Positions 24,411 to 37,488 of a stretch of DNA of 64,000 bases are shown here, in pieces. The notes under the pieces are model-generated. The model was not told the origin of the DNA, searched no databases, and saw nothing but the letters and a program-made list of their open reading frames with translations. Every line of letters starts with the position of its first letter. Position 1 is the stretch's first letter. Location: positions 18,882,912 to 18,946,911 of the forward strand of contig NC_092675.1 of NCBI RefSeq assembly GCF_964355755.1, written 5' to 3'. Origin of the DNA: Antedon mediterranea. Its lineage: Eukaryota > Animalia > Echinodermata. The translations under genes and the position numbers were made by a program.

Positions 24411-27400
24411 ATGCTTGTTGTCCGTGTCCCCAACTGTGTTGTGTCTGCTGCCCGTCAGTCCTTTCGAACAAAGGTAGCACCACAGTTAACCACTCACAAT
24501 TATGGCATTGTATGTCGGAACATGGCCTCCCAGGCTAGAACATCATTAAGGAAGCGTATTACCAAAAGCAATACATTGAAAGAAGCCGCAGGTAAACCTG
24601 CCGATGGAACAGGTAAGATTGTAACAAAGAAAACTATTGTACTATTAATCTTGGTTTATTTTTATTAATAACTTTTTAATTTTATAGAAAAAAAAACAGC
24701 ATTAACTGCAATCACAATTTTTTAGAAAAACCATTCACCCAGTATGAGCTCAATTTTGCTGAAAGGTATTGTCATTGTACAGTAATTAATGAGAATCTCA
24801 GGCAACAAGAGGCCCAGCTGGCCTAGGCCCCTTCTAGTCTAAATTTCTCAAATTGTAATGCAAAAGATATTACATACAAATTAAGTTCAGCACTTCATTC
24901 CACTACTTTTAAGCCCTATTTCAAAATCCTGGATCAGCCACTGAACCTTGATATAAACAAGAAAAATATTAATTATCAATATCCAGAATGCATAATGTCA
25001 TGTCATAATTAAATATTGCCAAAACTAATGGCACAGTGCAAAGACATACAGAAAAATAGGAGGTCAACAAAGTTAGAAGTTTATATAGCCTACTGTAGTG
25101 AGGAGTACTAATATAAATAATTATTACTAACCATAAACCCAAAGAATTTACAAACTTAAAAGTCCATAATTTTTAAATAGTGAGGTTCTGCTAATTATAC
25201 ACTTAGTAACCCTCCAGTTTTATGTTTTTGATATTCAGCCATTACTATGGGGCAAGGCCTGATTGCTGGTGCTGGGATTGCAGGGATAGGTGCACTATGC
25301 TACTACGGGCTAGGCATGTCCAGCGAAGCAGGTGCCATAGACAGAGCAGCGTAAGTACAATTGTTTCAACTTATTGTAAAACCCCAGGAGAGGAAGCTGC
25401 GGTATATGCAAAAACTGTTTGGTTCCCAATCACTGAGCTACGAGTTTATTGCTAAGGACTTGCGGTGTTTAGGGATGCCGTAATAATTCTCTCACAAGAT
25501 GATATTTCCAGTCGGTAATTGAGGCATTGCTTGAACGCTACATTATGATTGATAAACATTGTCAGTTCCCACTCTGTTATGGTTGTGTTGAGTTTGCCCC
25601 AATGCGTGGCAGTAGTTTAGAGGCACCTGGTTCACCTGACCAGCATCCTGTATTGCCCCCTGAGATTCTTTCTTTTTTCCCTAGAGATCCTCCTGTTTTC
25701 CTCTTTTCTATAATCACCAGGCCATCTGCAGATACTTAACTAATATTTACTGGAATTTCAATTTAAACACTGGAACTAATAATACATTTTAAAGAGGAAA
25801 GCGCGAGAAATATATTCATTAAAACTGTGTTACAATAATTAGTCTTAATTGAGTTATTTATACAAAAACATCATGAAAAACAATAAATTTATCATTAATA
25901 TTAATAGAAAATATATTACAGTAGTACTTAAAGGTATAGTTTTCCTTTAGTATAAAATCTTACATTTAATTTCAGTGGATTAAAAACAAGTTAAATTATT
26001 ATTACTAGTTTACCATTGTGGTGATACACAACCTGTAATGAACAGAAAAGAAAAAAAAACAATGTTATCTAATTGTTTCTATTTTGTACTTTTGTATTTT
26101 ATAATTTCGTGAATAAATAAAGATTTTGATTGATGAGACACAATAATGTCACTATATATAATTTTCTAACTGAACAAAAGCCTCTATATCCCCATTTGAG
26201 GGTGACCTTTTAACAGAGGACTAAAATTTAAAGATTCCCTGTTCATCATGTGGTATTTTACATTTAAAATTATTCAAAAATAGTTCTTTATTGTTAATTC
26301 AGGAATTGTGATTTGAAATAAACACAAATTTAGTATTTTAAATTTCTTTTTATGTAGGTTTTGGCCACAATATGTCCGTGACAGAATTAAGACGACCTAT
26401 GCTTACTTCGGTACCGGTATTGCAAGCACGGCAGCAAGTGCATACGCCATTTCACGAAACCCAAACGTAATGGCCAAGCTGATGCCAAAGTCAATGTGGG
26501 TAAGTTTATAATTTGTAATCATTACTAGGCTGTTTTAAGAATGTGGGTGTATGTAACACACCCAACCATTTAAGTGTACACCCACACAATAATGATTGTA
26601 ATTTTAACTAGCAAGGGACTATTTACATAAATCTTTACCTAAATATTTACTATTAATAATTGTGTTAATTTATTATTTTTGTGGAACATCGGAATTAATG
26701 ATTTGAAATCCATGGAATTGTGTTGAAAAGTTTAAACAATGTCTTAAACTCTGTCTACACTATCAAACTTTATGTGACTAAAAAAATGTGCTGTGCCCAT
26801 ATTTGGACATGATGATGTCATATCAATACTATATTTGGTAATATCACTACCATATTTGGGTACATCACACTTTTTAGTCACATAAAGTTTGATAGTGTAG
26901 ACAGAGCTTTTGAATCTTAGTTTGTAAAGCTGCTTGCTAATGTTTTTAAATTAATTATTAAATAATGTTTTGTTTATTACGGCTTCTCCAGATTTGATTA
27001 TTTAAAATAATGTTGGTAATGGTATAATTTGCCACTAGCAGTAATGTAATACTATGTTGATTTACTTAGAAGAAATAGCTAATAAAGACTGCACACATTA
27101 TAAATTCAAAACAGCTTAATTCCAAAGTCTAAATGTGTGTTTACGGAGAATGCATTATGTTCTTATTCCGGATACTTAAGCAAATTGACTTTGTTGAAAG
27201 TGTATATGAAAGAGTTATTATGAAATATTATTTATCATCTTGATAAATTTTAAAACAATAGAAAACCAGCTTTGGATTTATTTTATTGTTATATTTTATT
27301 TATTTAGGCAAATTGCCAAGGATAACCATAAGCGAATTCATTCACTATCCTTCTTAAAGGTGGCAATCCGTTCACGAGACAAACATATACACAAGATGCT

Positions 27401-30270
27401 CTACATTAACAAAGTCTTATTACAAGTCTTTGGGAGTGGAGTTGTAAATTGTCATTAGAAAAAAATCCTGACATATGACAGGACTTGAACCCAGGACCCT
27501 TGGATTGGCAGCCAAGCATCGTAACCACCAGGCCACAACTCCACTCCAATTATAACACATTGTAGCTAAATTTGGTACAGTAGAACCAAATAATAATCAA
27601 TGTCATCTGTTGTTTTAAAATTGGAAAACAAACAGAGACTACCAGTATATTGACAATTTCAAATTAATCTTGTCACGCCCGTAATGCAAACACATAATTT
27701 CACAACACTTTAGCTGCCAGAATTGATTTATTGAATGCATAGATTTTTAATGAAATAAATAAAGATGTGGTGTTTTGGTTTTTTTTTATGTTAAATTAAT
27801 TAAAAACTACAGTTTCTTGTGAAATAGATATTTATTTCTTTATTTATTTTATTTTGTTTATTTTATTTTATTTATTTATTTTATTCAGTTGACAACCAAC
27901 AGCGATGAAACCGCCACTAACAGATTGAATCTAAACATAATAAACTATAATAATAAATTCAAATAAGCAACAAAAACTTTCAGGGGCAATATACAGTATA
28001 TCGTTTGACTAGGCATACTTATTAATTTAGCTAAATTTTGGAGTTTACACATACCACAGTGTTAGAACTGTACGGTGTGTGTAAGCTTTGGAATTGATTA
28101 TAAGCTAAAGGCAATGTGAAAGGGGATTATAGAGGCTCACCTACTTACTATACTGTACCAATGTTTCTAAGAACAAATATTCTTAAAATAATCAAAAAAT
28201 ATTATTGAATACAGTATGTATTCTCAATTGTTAAATCTTTTTTTTTGGTCATTTGTACAATAATTTCTTAGATTAAGCTTCTTTATTTGTTATGGATATA
28301 TTATTAATTTATAATCATGGTATTCCAAAATAAAAAGATGAATGAATGAATACTACAGTGTTTTGTGTGATGTGCCCATATATGGACATTATGATGTTGT
28401 ATCACTACTATATTTGGTCATATCACTACCATATTTTTGCACATTACACTTTTGAATGAATGAATACTACAGTGTTTTGTGTGATGTGCCCATATATGGA
28501 CATTATGATGTTGTATCACTACTATATTATTTGGTCATATCACTACCATATTTTTGCACATTACACTTTTGAATGAATGAATACTACAGTGTTTTGAATA
28601 CCTAAAAAATAGTTCCAACTGCAAAATTGTATTTAATATGTGATCATTGATTTATTAGGGAGCCCTCGGAATGATGGCAGTACTGATGGGTTCTGGAATG
28701 GTGTGTATGTCAATTCCATACCATGAAGGTCTTGGTATGAAACAGCTAGCCTGGCTTGGCCACAGTGCATTGGTTGGTGGCATACTAGCCCCATTGAGTC
28801 TGCTCGGTGGACCTTTACTTATCCGCGCCGCTTGGTACACTGCTGGCATGGTTGGAGGTAAGTTGTGTGTTAAATTTATTTAACTAATAATGGATAGATA
28901 GATAGATTATTATAATAAACAAATAAATTTACTGGGCTGCTTTAAAGAAATATTATTTCAAAATGCTGGATTCTCTATTGCACATTTAATAATAAAATGT
29001 TCATTATTGTAGGTCTGTCATCTGTTGCTGCCTGTGCCCCCAGCGAAAAATTCTTATACATGGGAGGACCATTGGCTATGGGACTTGGCGTTGTGGTTGT
29101 TGCGAGTTTAGGTAAGTATAGTAATGGTTCATTTTTCTACCAAAATCTTTTCATTCATTTTCATTATGTGTTGTACACTAACTATTCATTTTCTTAAGAA
29201 ATTATTATTATATTTCGATAATACATTTTGCAGGGAGTATGTGGTTCGCCCCAGGTACAGCCATTGGCTCTGGCCTATATGCTGTTAGTGTTTATGGAGG
29301 ATTGGTTTTGTTTGGAGGCTTCATGTTGTACGATACACAGAAGATTATGAAAAAGGCTGAAGTATACCCACTGTATGCAGAAAGGCCCTTTGATCCTATT
29401 AATTCGTATGTCTATTTTTTGTTCTTTATACGTAAATTAACTTGCCAATAGTTATTTATCACTATTATTTTAAGCTTAAAGTAGGTTAGAAACAGTCAAG
29501 AGTTTCAACCCATTGACTTGGTCAGGATTGAACCCTGGTACTAGGTCAGGATTAAACCCTAGCACTACAAGGTCAAGAGTTTCAACCCATTGACTAGGTC
29601 AGGATTGAATCCTGGTACTAGGTCAGGATTGAACCCTGGTACTAGGTCAGGATTGAACCCTAGCACTAAGTCAGGATAGAACCCTAGCACTACAAGGTCA
29701 GGAGTGAACCCTACCACTACAAGGTCAGGAGTGAACCCTACCACTACAAGGTCAGGATTGAACCCTGGCACTACAAAGTCAGGATTGAACCCTTGCGTTA
29801 CAGGTAGGACAGAATGGAACCTGGACCGCCAAGCTACAGCCCCAATATTTATAAATATAATATTTTTTTAATGAATATGTTTAAACCTACTAAATCTGTC
29901 ATAGAGAATCTCCAAGATTCCATTCATTGTTATTGATTGATTGTTCAATATTTTTATATGAATTCAATTAATCATTAATTAATTTTTTCTTTTTTTTATA
30001 TTAATAAATGATTGAGAAAAAATCAATGTAGTGATTGACTGACTGTTGAAACATCAATATTAGTTTGATTAATTAGTCATTAAGTTATATCAATCAAATA
30101 ATCAATTTCTTCAGTGAGTAGGTATCAAATTTGTTATACAGATTGAATAATAACTCGTTTATTTATTTTCTTCATATTTCAGAGCTATCAGTATTTATAC
30201 AGACACAATCAACATATTTATTCGAATGGTAATGATATTATCATCTGGAGGGGGCGGCAAGAGGAAGTAA
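24411..30270 (+). CDS. GHITM: Growth hormone-inducible transmembrane protein (TMBIM5/MICS1), 337 aa
   Basis: Exons 24411-24612, 25239-25350, 26358-26499, 28659-28857, 29013-29111, 29234-29405 and 30183-30270 (1014 nt, in frame). Arg-rich mitochondrial-type presequence; motifs GALCYYGLG, WPQYVRDRI, RAAWYTAG, CAPSEKFL, YDTQK, DPIN and IYTDTINIFIR..GGGKRK. Confidence 0.96.
26747..26908. mobile_element. Harbinger-like MITE (family A)
   Basis: CTCTGTCTACACTATCAAACTTTATGTGAC ... GTCACATAAAGTTTGATAGTGTAGACAGAG long TIRs, same interior as the 13358 copy. Confidence 0.85.
27325..27547 (-). mobile_element. tRNA(Gly-like)-derived SINE
   Basis: Minus strand reads TGGCCTGGTGG (A box), anticodon loop CTGCCAA, GGTTCAAGTCC (B box), then a non-tRNA body; acceptor stem not intact; 3' boundary approximate. 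Confidence 0.65.
28340..28596. repeat. About 115-bp tandem duplication of the family-A MITE interior
   Basis: GAATGAATGAATACTACAGTGTTTTG occurs three times, bracketing two copies of GTGATGTGCCCATATATGGAC...CACTACCATATTT; TIRs absent. Confidence 0.85.
29494..29805. repeat. 24-27 bp minisatellite (about 12 units) in the last GHITM intron
   Basis: Unit GGTCAGGATTGAACCCT(G/A)G(T/C)ACTA(CAA); the reverse complement contains GGGTTCAATCCTG. Confidence 0.9.
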
Positions 30271-32372
30271 AATAATCATTGTATTTGTTTCAAACATCTA
30301 ATGTAAATACTTTCTAATAATAACAAAGGCTGTTTCCTGTTTAATTACTTTTTATCATATATAAAACATCAATGCACATCAATGTGTACAACTTATATTT
30401 GAAGCTGTATATACAAGAATCAAGCTATTAAACATATAATAAAATAATGTGTAATTTTATATTGTATTGTGCAAAGCTTATGTTTGTCTTAAGAAAAGAT
30501 CTAACTTTTAATATACAGTAAAATGCTAACCTTAGCTTTTGCAGTCTTGTTACTACCTTTTAATTACAGATAGATAAAAGTGTGCCACTTTAATAGACTT
30601 AATACAAACCTTCATTGTCATTTGATACAATTTAACTATAGTAATGTCAATTTATAAACTTATAACGTGGGTTAACAGATTTTATTAATCTGTATCTGAA
30701 ATAAAAAGTTCTTATAAATGGTAATTTCTAAATATTTAACCAGATTTAGTATTGGATGATGTAGACATGCAAAAAAGTTTAATATGGATTATTCTGAAGT
30801 CGGAGTGGTGGTGTTCAGGTGTCTTGACCACAAGGTTGACTTTTTAATTTGAAGTTTTGTATTTGGATGTGTTTGCAAGTGTGGGGGAAAAAAAGAGAAA
30901 ATTTAGTAACTTGTAGCTATGAAATGCAATCAGAAATTTAATTAAATATAATTATTTTGAAAAGAAGGTAAATGTATTTTGTTATTATTGACTCAATTAG
31001 CAATAAATAAGTGACGTCCCAGTTTAAAGGAATAATATGTAACATATCCCAGTTGCGCTATACAGTACAGTTTTTAAACGCTTATTTATGTGATAAGTCG
31101 CTTTAACCGAATCAAGTCCCTTTCTCATAATTTTGTAGGTCGTCAGATCACTTAGAATTACTGTCGAATATAATGCACCTTGATTTCTACAAGGACTGAC
31201 CGCTTGGTGGCTAGGTGTGTTCAGGGAAGTGCTCTTTATTTATCTGACTTGGGTCAGTGATCGCTGTGTCGGAAATCCTTGTCTGCATGCATTAGTATTG
31301 AACACTACCACAACGATTATAGGAAAATAGCACACACTTTCAACCTGTTCCATATCCCACGATATTTTAATACTCGTGTTTCTGTTGCTATAGCTACCAC
31401 ATACTTAACTTGTCATTCGACTATATTGATTTAAGAATCATTAATAATAGTTAAAATAAATGTGTGTGCGATGTTATAAGTGTTAAATAAAAACGATTGA
31501 TTTCCGCCAACCAGAGTTGTCGGCTTTTAAATTACACCATAAATGGAATTTATATATATGGTAGGCCTATTTGCTTGTTTTTCCATGCTATTTGTTTGAT
31601 TCTTTTGGTTGTCAAGATGCTTTGGTCCAAAAGTACATTTTAATGTCATTTCATTTAGCGTGTCATTTATCAAATGCTTATACTTGAGTAAAGTCCTCTC
31701 AGAACCTCTCAGAAAGTTCTTAACATTCTTAATACAAACGTACCCACTTTATTCCCTATTCCTCTCCCCATCATTCTCCCAAAACCCATGGTTCAATCGA
31801 GAATTCACCAAATCTTAGAGTGACCATCTTTCATCATAAGCCTTCTCTCAATTGCTCCAACGAACGTCAAGTGTATACGGTGGAACCAATGGAATCTTCC
31901 GTATTATCGATCTAGAAATAATTGTGTTTACATTCGATAGGAAATCTCTAATAACATCAGTCAATCAATATCCAGTCTTACTAAAAGATAACACATGCCA
32001 GAATTGAATTCGATAACAAATAGAGGGGTAGATACTGGATTTGTTTTTAACAGGGAAGAGCTGACGTAATTAATAGTCTGTCAAAAATATTATATTAAAA
32101 GTAGTTGACTATTTTATTTTAGCTGTCAGGGGAGAGAGAGCGCGCGCACCCCAAGCTAAACTAGTATGACCACTAAAATAAAATATAACAAACTGCAATT
32201 TGAATATTCAAGTTTATTTTTAACAAATAAAATCATAATACAGTTATAAATATATACTTTATAATATTATCAAGAGAGAACAATATCCTACGAACTAAAA
32301 TGCATAGTATTGCTGTACTTAAAAATATTAATAAATGATCGTGAAATAATATAGTATGATATTATTAAGTAA

Positions 32373-32529
32373 AGCTCTCCTACACTATCAAACTAGTTTG
32401 ACAAAAAAAGTGTGATGTGCCCAAATATGGTAGTGATATGCCTAAATATGCCAGTGATATGACATCATCATATCCATTATGGGCACATCACATTTTGTTG
32501 TCACAAAGTTTGATAGTGTAGACAAGGCT
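32373..32529. mobile_element. Harbinger-like MITE (family A), opposite orientation
   Basis: TAA|AGCTCTCCTACACTATCAAACT ... AGTTTGATAGTGTAGACAAGGCT|TAA. Confidence 0.85.
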
Positions 32530-33876
32530 TAACGCAATTACGCAACTCCTTTTAGTTTGTCATATTAATAAACACCGGTCGGCTAAATTTACCAGTGGTT
32601 TTAAAATAACACCAGCGTTACTCATTAACAGTGTACTGGCGGGATTAGTTTGTTTGTCATCTTAATATCAGACGCTCTTCTATTATTTGTTTCCTATTAA
32701 GTGTTGAATATTCGTTTTGACTCATCCAGGTATTTTGGGTCTTGACATTGTTTTACTTTCCTTTTTGTTTCTAGGTATTCGTTTCTAGGTATTCGTCTGA
32801 GTATACTCTAATAACAGGGAAGACTGAAATTTCACTCTCCCTTGCTAATAATAAGTATCGGTATTCCTTCAATGTTATTGGGTGATTTGTTTGCTATTTC
32901 TGGTCTTTTTTTTTTTATTAAAAACACTTTAAGGACTAGTTGCATGATTTTCCCCTTACAGAAACGTGGTTTGTTAATTGAAGGAATATTGTTTTTTAAA
33001 TTCTATTTTAATAACCTTATCGTCCCACTCCCTCATTCCTTAAAATTCAATTAAAATCATTAATGCAATTATTCAATTGAATAAAAAGGAAAAAAGTAAA
33101 TAAATCGTGTATCATTGAATTTTAGTTGCCAAAAAAAGTTCGAAAACTTTTTTTCGTTTTCATCGAATTTGTTATGAGCAAGTGCTTTTTAAAAATTAAT
33201 ATTATGTATAAGAAGAAAGAGTGCATCGTTAACTTTAATAATTGTATGTTACTATGTATATTAGGCTTTATTGAGTGTCAATCATGTAGGTCATTATAAT
33301 TCAATGATCTAAAGAAAGAAACCAATAACCATCGACTTAATAGTGTTATTAAAATAGTATAATCATTATCCTAAAGTTGAACGCGCCAGATTAAACGATT
33401 GACAAACGACGAGTGAAACATTTTACCTTACAATAATTGTCTGAATTAGGCCTAATTTATAACTCGGTGTATCTGATGTTAAGCGCTTGAAACTGGAAAT
33501 AGAATAGCCTGCAATAGATAGCATCAATAGGTTACATTTACCAGTGGTTCTTATTTGATTACCACCGGTGTTACAAGAAAACCCCCATAGGCAGAGTGCA
33601 CTGACGAAATTGTTTGGCGGCGGTCGCGGCGTTCGTTTGATAAAATTCGTTGTTTCTTGCTAGATGTCATGAAGCGCCAAGTTCTTGAGACGGGAGTCGA
33701 TGATTGCTGCTGTTAGTGTCGATACTTCCAAGCAGGCCGGAGATGAGTGTAATGGAGGCATATCACATCTTACCTCGTATTGACAGCGAGGCTGATGGTC
33801 TAAAATTTCTCTCATCAGCCACAGTGTTAATACGGGGTAAAAAATGAACTTATTCCAACAGTTCGTTGAACGATAT

Positions 33877-36800
33877 CTACCTGAAAATAACCGAAAAACA
33901 AGTAAGTTTTCTATAAATTATATAAAGTAAATTCCATTGAGAAACATCCTATTGTTCAAACTGCCAGAAGGTATGTTTATATTTCCGTCAAATTGCCTAT
34001 GCAATTTATAGTATATAACGTACAATATATCCCCGTGTCCGCTAATTGTAACGAAACTTTTTGTAGCGTCATGGTTTTAAACTAAAAAGTTTGAATTCTC
34101 GTGCGCATGCGTGTGAATGTCAAATTTTGATTGGTCTAATGTTAGTACTGTTCAATAATACACCCACCTGTGTGCGCCTACACAATGAGTACATCATTAA
34201 CGAATTAAACATGAAGTTGAAATAAAATATAAACATATTAACTCAATTATTCAAGCAAACTTCCATTACGTCTTAAAGTTTGGAATTGTTTTGCTTAAAA
34301 ATGTGTCAATTCAATGTTACAGCGTATTTGGACATGACGATGTTTATTGTTATATAATGACAATGATTACAAAGGCAGCGAAATAGTCTGTGACAATTCC
34401 AATTAAGTTTTTTGCTGTTTTTAAACAATGAAAAACAATTCTATAGGGCCTATATCTGAGAATTGCCGTGTCTCGACCGGCCTACGAAAATCGAAGGAGA
34501 CTGCTAGTAAATAATGCCATACGTCATCGGTTTGGTCATGTGTGTAGAATTAAACCTCAAATCGGACGTAAATTGCTCCTTATGCATGGTCCCTAAACTG
34601 TCTAAACGTATTATATAATATCTACAATTATTACTCCTTTATGTTATGGGAGAGATTTACGAAGGGTGTTCCTTCCTCGTATTATCGATACCACATAATG
34701 TTAATAAAAACACGGTGACTGAACTTACATTAAGACTAGGTCAGGTGGGCAGCCGGTGAGTGTAATGCGTAATATATTCTGGCACTCGCACGTGTACGCC
34801 ATACTAAACCCCTTAATAAGTAACAAATTTCCCCGGATGCGGGCAGGTAAAATAAATCGACTCTTATCTAAGTAATGGATATAGCATGTGGGGTGAAGAA
34901 GGGCTTTGTCTGCATTATAGGCCTATTTTTCGATGTATTCTACTTTTAGGGTTTTTTCAGTACGTTATTATGCTATCCACCATGCAGCAAAATCGTTGCT
35001 ACCTTTCACACCAAACCACCGGTGTGTCCCCGCAGTTCGCCCTCCGGAGAACATTCAGCTAGTCAACCCCGCTGTTTTGAACTCCGGAGTTGATTTTACC
35101 TTTCGCACCAAAACACCGAAGTGTCTCCGGAGTTTTGCTTTTGGTATGAAAGGGGTATATGTTACGAAAAGAAGAGAAGTAAAAACCTGGAAATATAATG
35201 CCTTATCGCCTTATCAAATAACGGAAATCTTCCAATGATACTTGTTTAGATCGTATAGACTACAGCTTTGCCGGATCGAGGATTTTAAATTTAGGGCAAC
35301 CGAGGGCCGAAAATTTAAAAATGAAGTGTTGATCTGAACATGTCCTATGTTTTGCATTGCAATTTTGTAATGCTTTGGGTCTATCCAAAGAAGATATGTA
35401 CGATAGCTTCGGTACTGTAGGACTAACTCATTGTTGTATTAGTTATTCATTTATGAGAGTTGAAGTGGTACCGTCACGATGTATCCTATCCACGTCACGT
35501 ACGACACGGCGCCAAAACATGTGTAGACCTAGTAGGCCTATTTAAAATCGCATCTATTTTATATACCTGCCTATATCACATTATCGATGTATTAGTAATC
35601 TTTTACGTACAAATGGAACCGGAACGTAATAGCATAACTTTATTGTAGTCCACTGAAAACGGTTTATTATTATTACCAGTTTTGATGCCCCGTTTGTAGG
35701 CTTGGTTTTTTACGCAAACTATGATGGCTGATATCAATTAGTCGATCACTTAAAATGATGATATCTAATGTGGTCGTGTTTTTGTGTCAACAGCATTATC
35801 GTAAATTCTATTTGTAGAGTACCGTAAGTCATAATGACTTAGGCAAACAGGCTTATATAAGGCCTAAGTATACAGCTTTATAAATATCGGTCGGACCGTA
35901 TAGGCAAGGAAGTGAGATTTTTAATCTTCTCCCTGGTGTGGTACCATTTGATGTGCCATGGAATGAGTGCCGACTTGAATTTACGACAAAATGGGAAAAC
36001 ACCTTAGAAGCGGAAACTATTTTTACTACTCTTGACAAGTTCGGAACCGACGATGAGTCAACAGTCAATAAACGACTCACTATTTCTCTAGAAAAATATG
36101 AAAAATAAGTCTCATTTTTTTTATTATAACGGACTTTTCAGGTCACCAAATTCAGGCCACAAACTTCCCTCAACAGGTTATCTGTAGTTCACCTGGTAGA
36201 CAAATTCTACAATTATGTTGGTTTTTTTTTTACAATAATGCGTTATTTCGTGACTGTACAATTTAACAAATACAAAAATATTTTCAGATATAAATTAGGA
36301 GGCAATGTACATGTAAAATTGTACTTTTTTTTCTTCAAAACAAAAACGAGTAAACACTCGTGATTAAACCTATTGGCCTATTTAACACACACAAAAAGTC
36401 TATAGGCCTATAGGGTGAAAATGACAATTTGAAATCTGTAAGGGTTTTCCCGTACTATAAGAAAAAACTCCATCCCATGGTCTAAAGCAAATGTATTTAT
36501 TAGGGCAAATTTCAATATCAACAATATCAGATATCTTATCTACAGCAGACAGCTTTCCAGCTGTTATAGAGTGGGATTAAAATGAAGGATTGAGGCCGTT
36601 TGTAGGCCTATATAGCATTGAGACTGGAGGAAGAGTTGGAAAAATGTATATGGAAATTGTAAATATTCCACTAACAATAGGCCTACAGGTTTTTATGATC
36701 TTGTAACTAAAATATTCCGGAACCAACACTTAAGCACATATATTATTTGGTAAAGTTGGCAACATATGTTTTCCTTAGAATAAATAATCAAGGGGGTGAA

Positions 36801-37488
36801 ATGGTAGGCCTAACTGTGAGCTAAAGCAACTATTATAAAAATCTGTCCTATAAAGTTTTAACAATAACCACAAATCATTTTTACTAATATATAATATTTA
36901 AATGATAATGTTAAAATGATGAAGGCCTTTAAATCAATCGTGACCAATACTTACATTAGTTTACAATCTATCGATCGCCGTACAAGTAGTTCGTATAATT
37001 TTGTTTTAGTCTCTGCACACCAATTAAAGGCATATTAACCAACAAAATAGTACACAAAAGTAAAATTTAATTTCGATAAGTCCAGCCCTCTGACCTACAC
37101 CATCGACTCATTTCATGTTTCCACTTGTAGCCGTATGGCAGATGTCTCAATGACGATCGCTTATAAGGGGTATAATATTTATTAGTTAATTATTAAGATA
37201 AGACTGGCTCGCATTTAACTTATTAAAACTAAAGCAAACAGTTTGTTGTTTCAGTTCCCCTTATTAAGTCCGACTACGTATACGTCTAATAAATTGCCAG
37301 CTGCCTGTATGCTGGTAGAGTAGTTATAACCTATTATGTATTATACCTTGCCATTGCTTTGCGTGTGACGCACGTGTAACATTCTTGCTTGTGATCGGGA
37401 ACCACACCTTCGGCAAACGTATACCCCAATCTGCAGCTAATTGCTAGGTAGATTGTAACTGACTGTTGCCAATCATCTGGATACTGGT
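33877..37488 (-). CDS. Possible orphan Cys-rich spliced ORF (5' end not found)
   Basis: Exons 37488-37347, 34803-34729 and 33880-33877 have GT-AG boundaries and compatible phases, giving ..QYPDDWQQSVTIYLAISCRLGYTFAEGVVPDHKQECYTCVTRKAMASMAYTCECQNILRITLTGCPPDLVLM*. No family recognised. Confidence 0.3.
35000..35157. mobile_element. Small TIR element (MITE)
   Basis: CCTTTCACACCAAA ... TTTGGTATGAAAGG inverted ends, with an internal repeat of the same motif and CTCCGGAG palindromes. Confidence 0.5.

Noticed and set aside
25380-25740. GC-richer block in GHITM intron 3 as an ncRNA or extra exon
   Set aside because: No recognisable RNA motifs, no phase-compatible open exon, and GHITM is complete without it; probably a TE relic.
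33790-33820. Minus-strand CTGATGAGAGAAA as a minimal hammerhead
   Set aside because: No stem II can form between CTGATGA and GAAA; it is just an 8-bp hairpin.
35853-36108. Open frames on both strands as an exon of the orphan gene
   Set aside because: No convincing donor/acceptor pair that keeps phase, and no recognisable homology.
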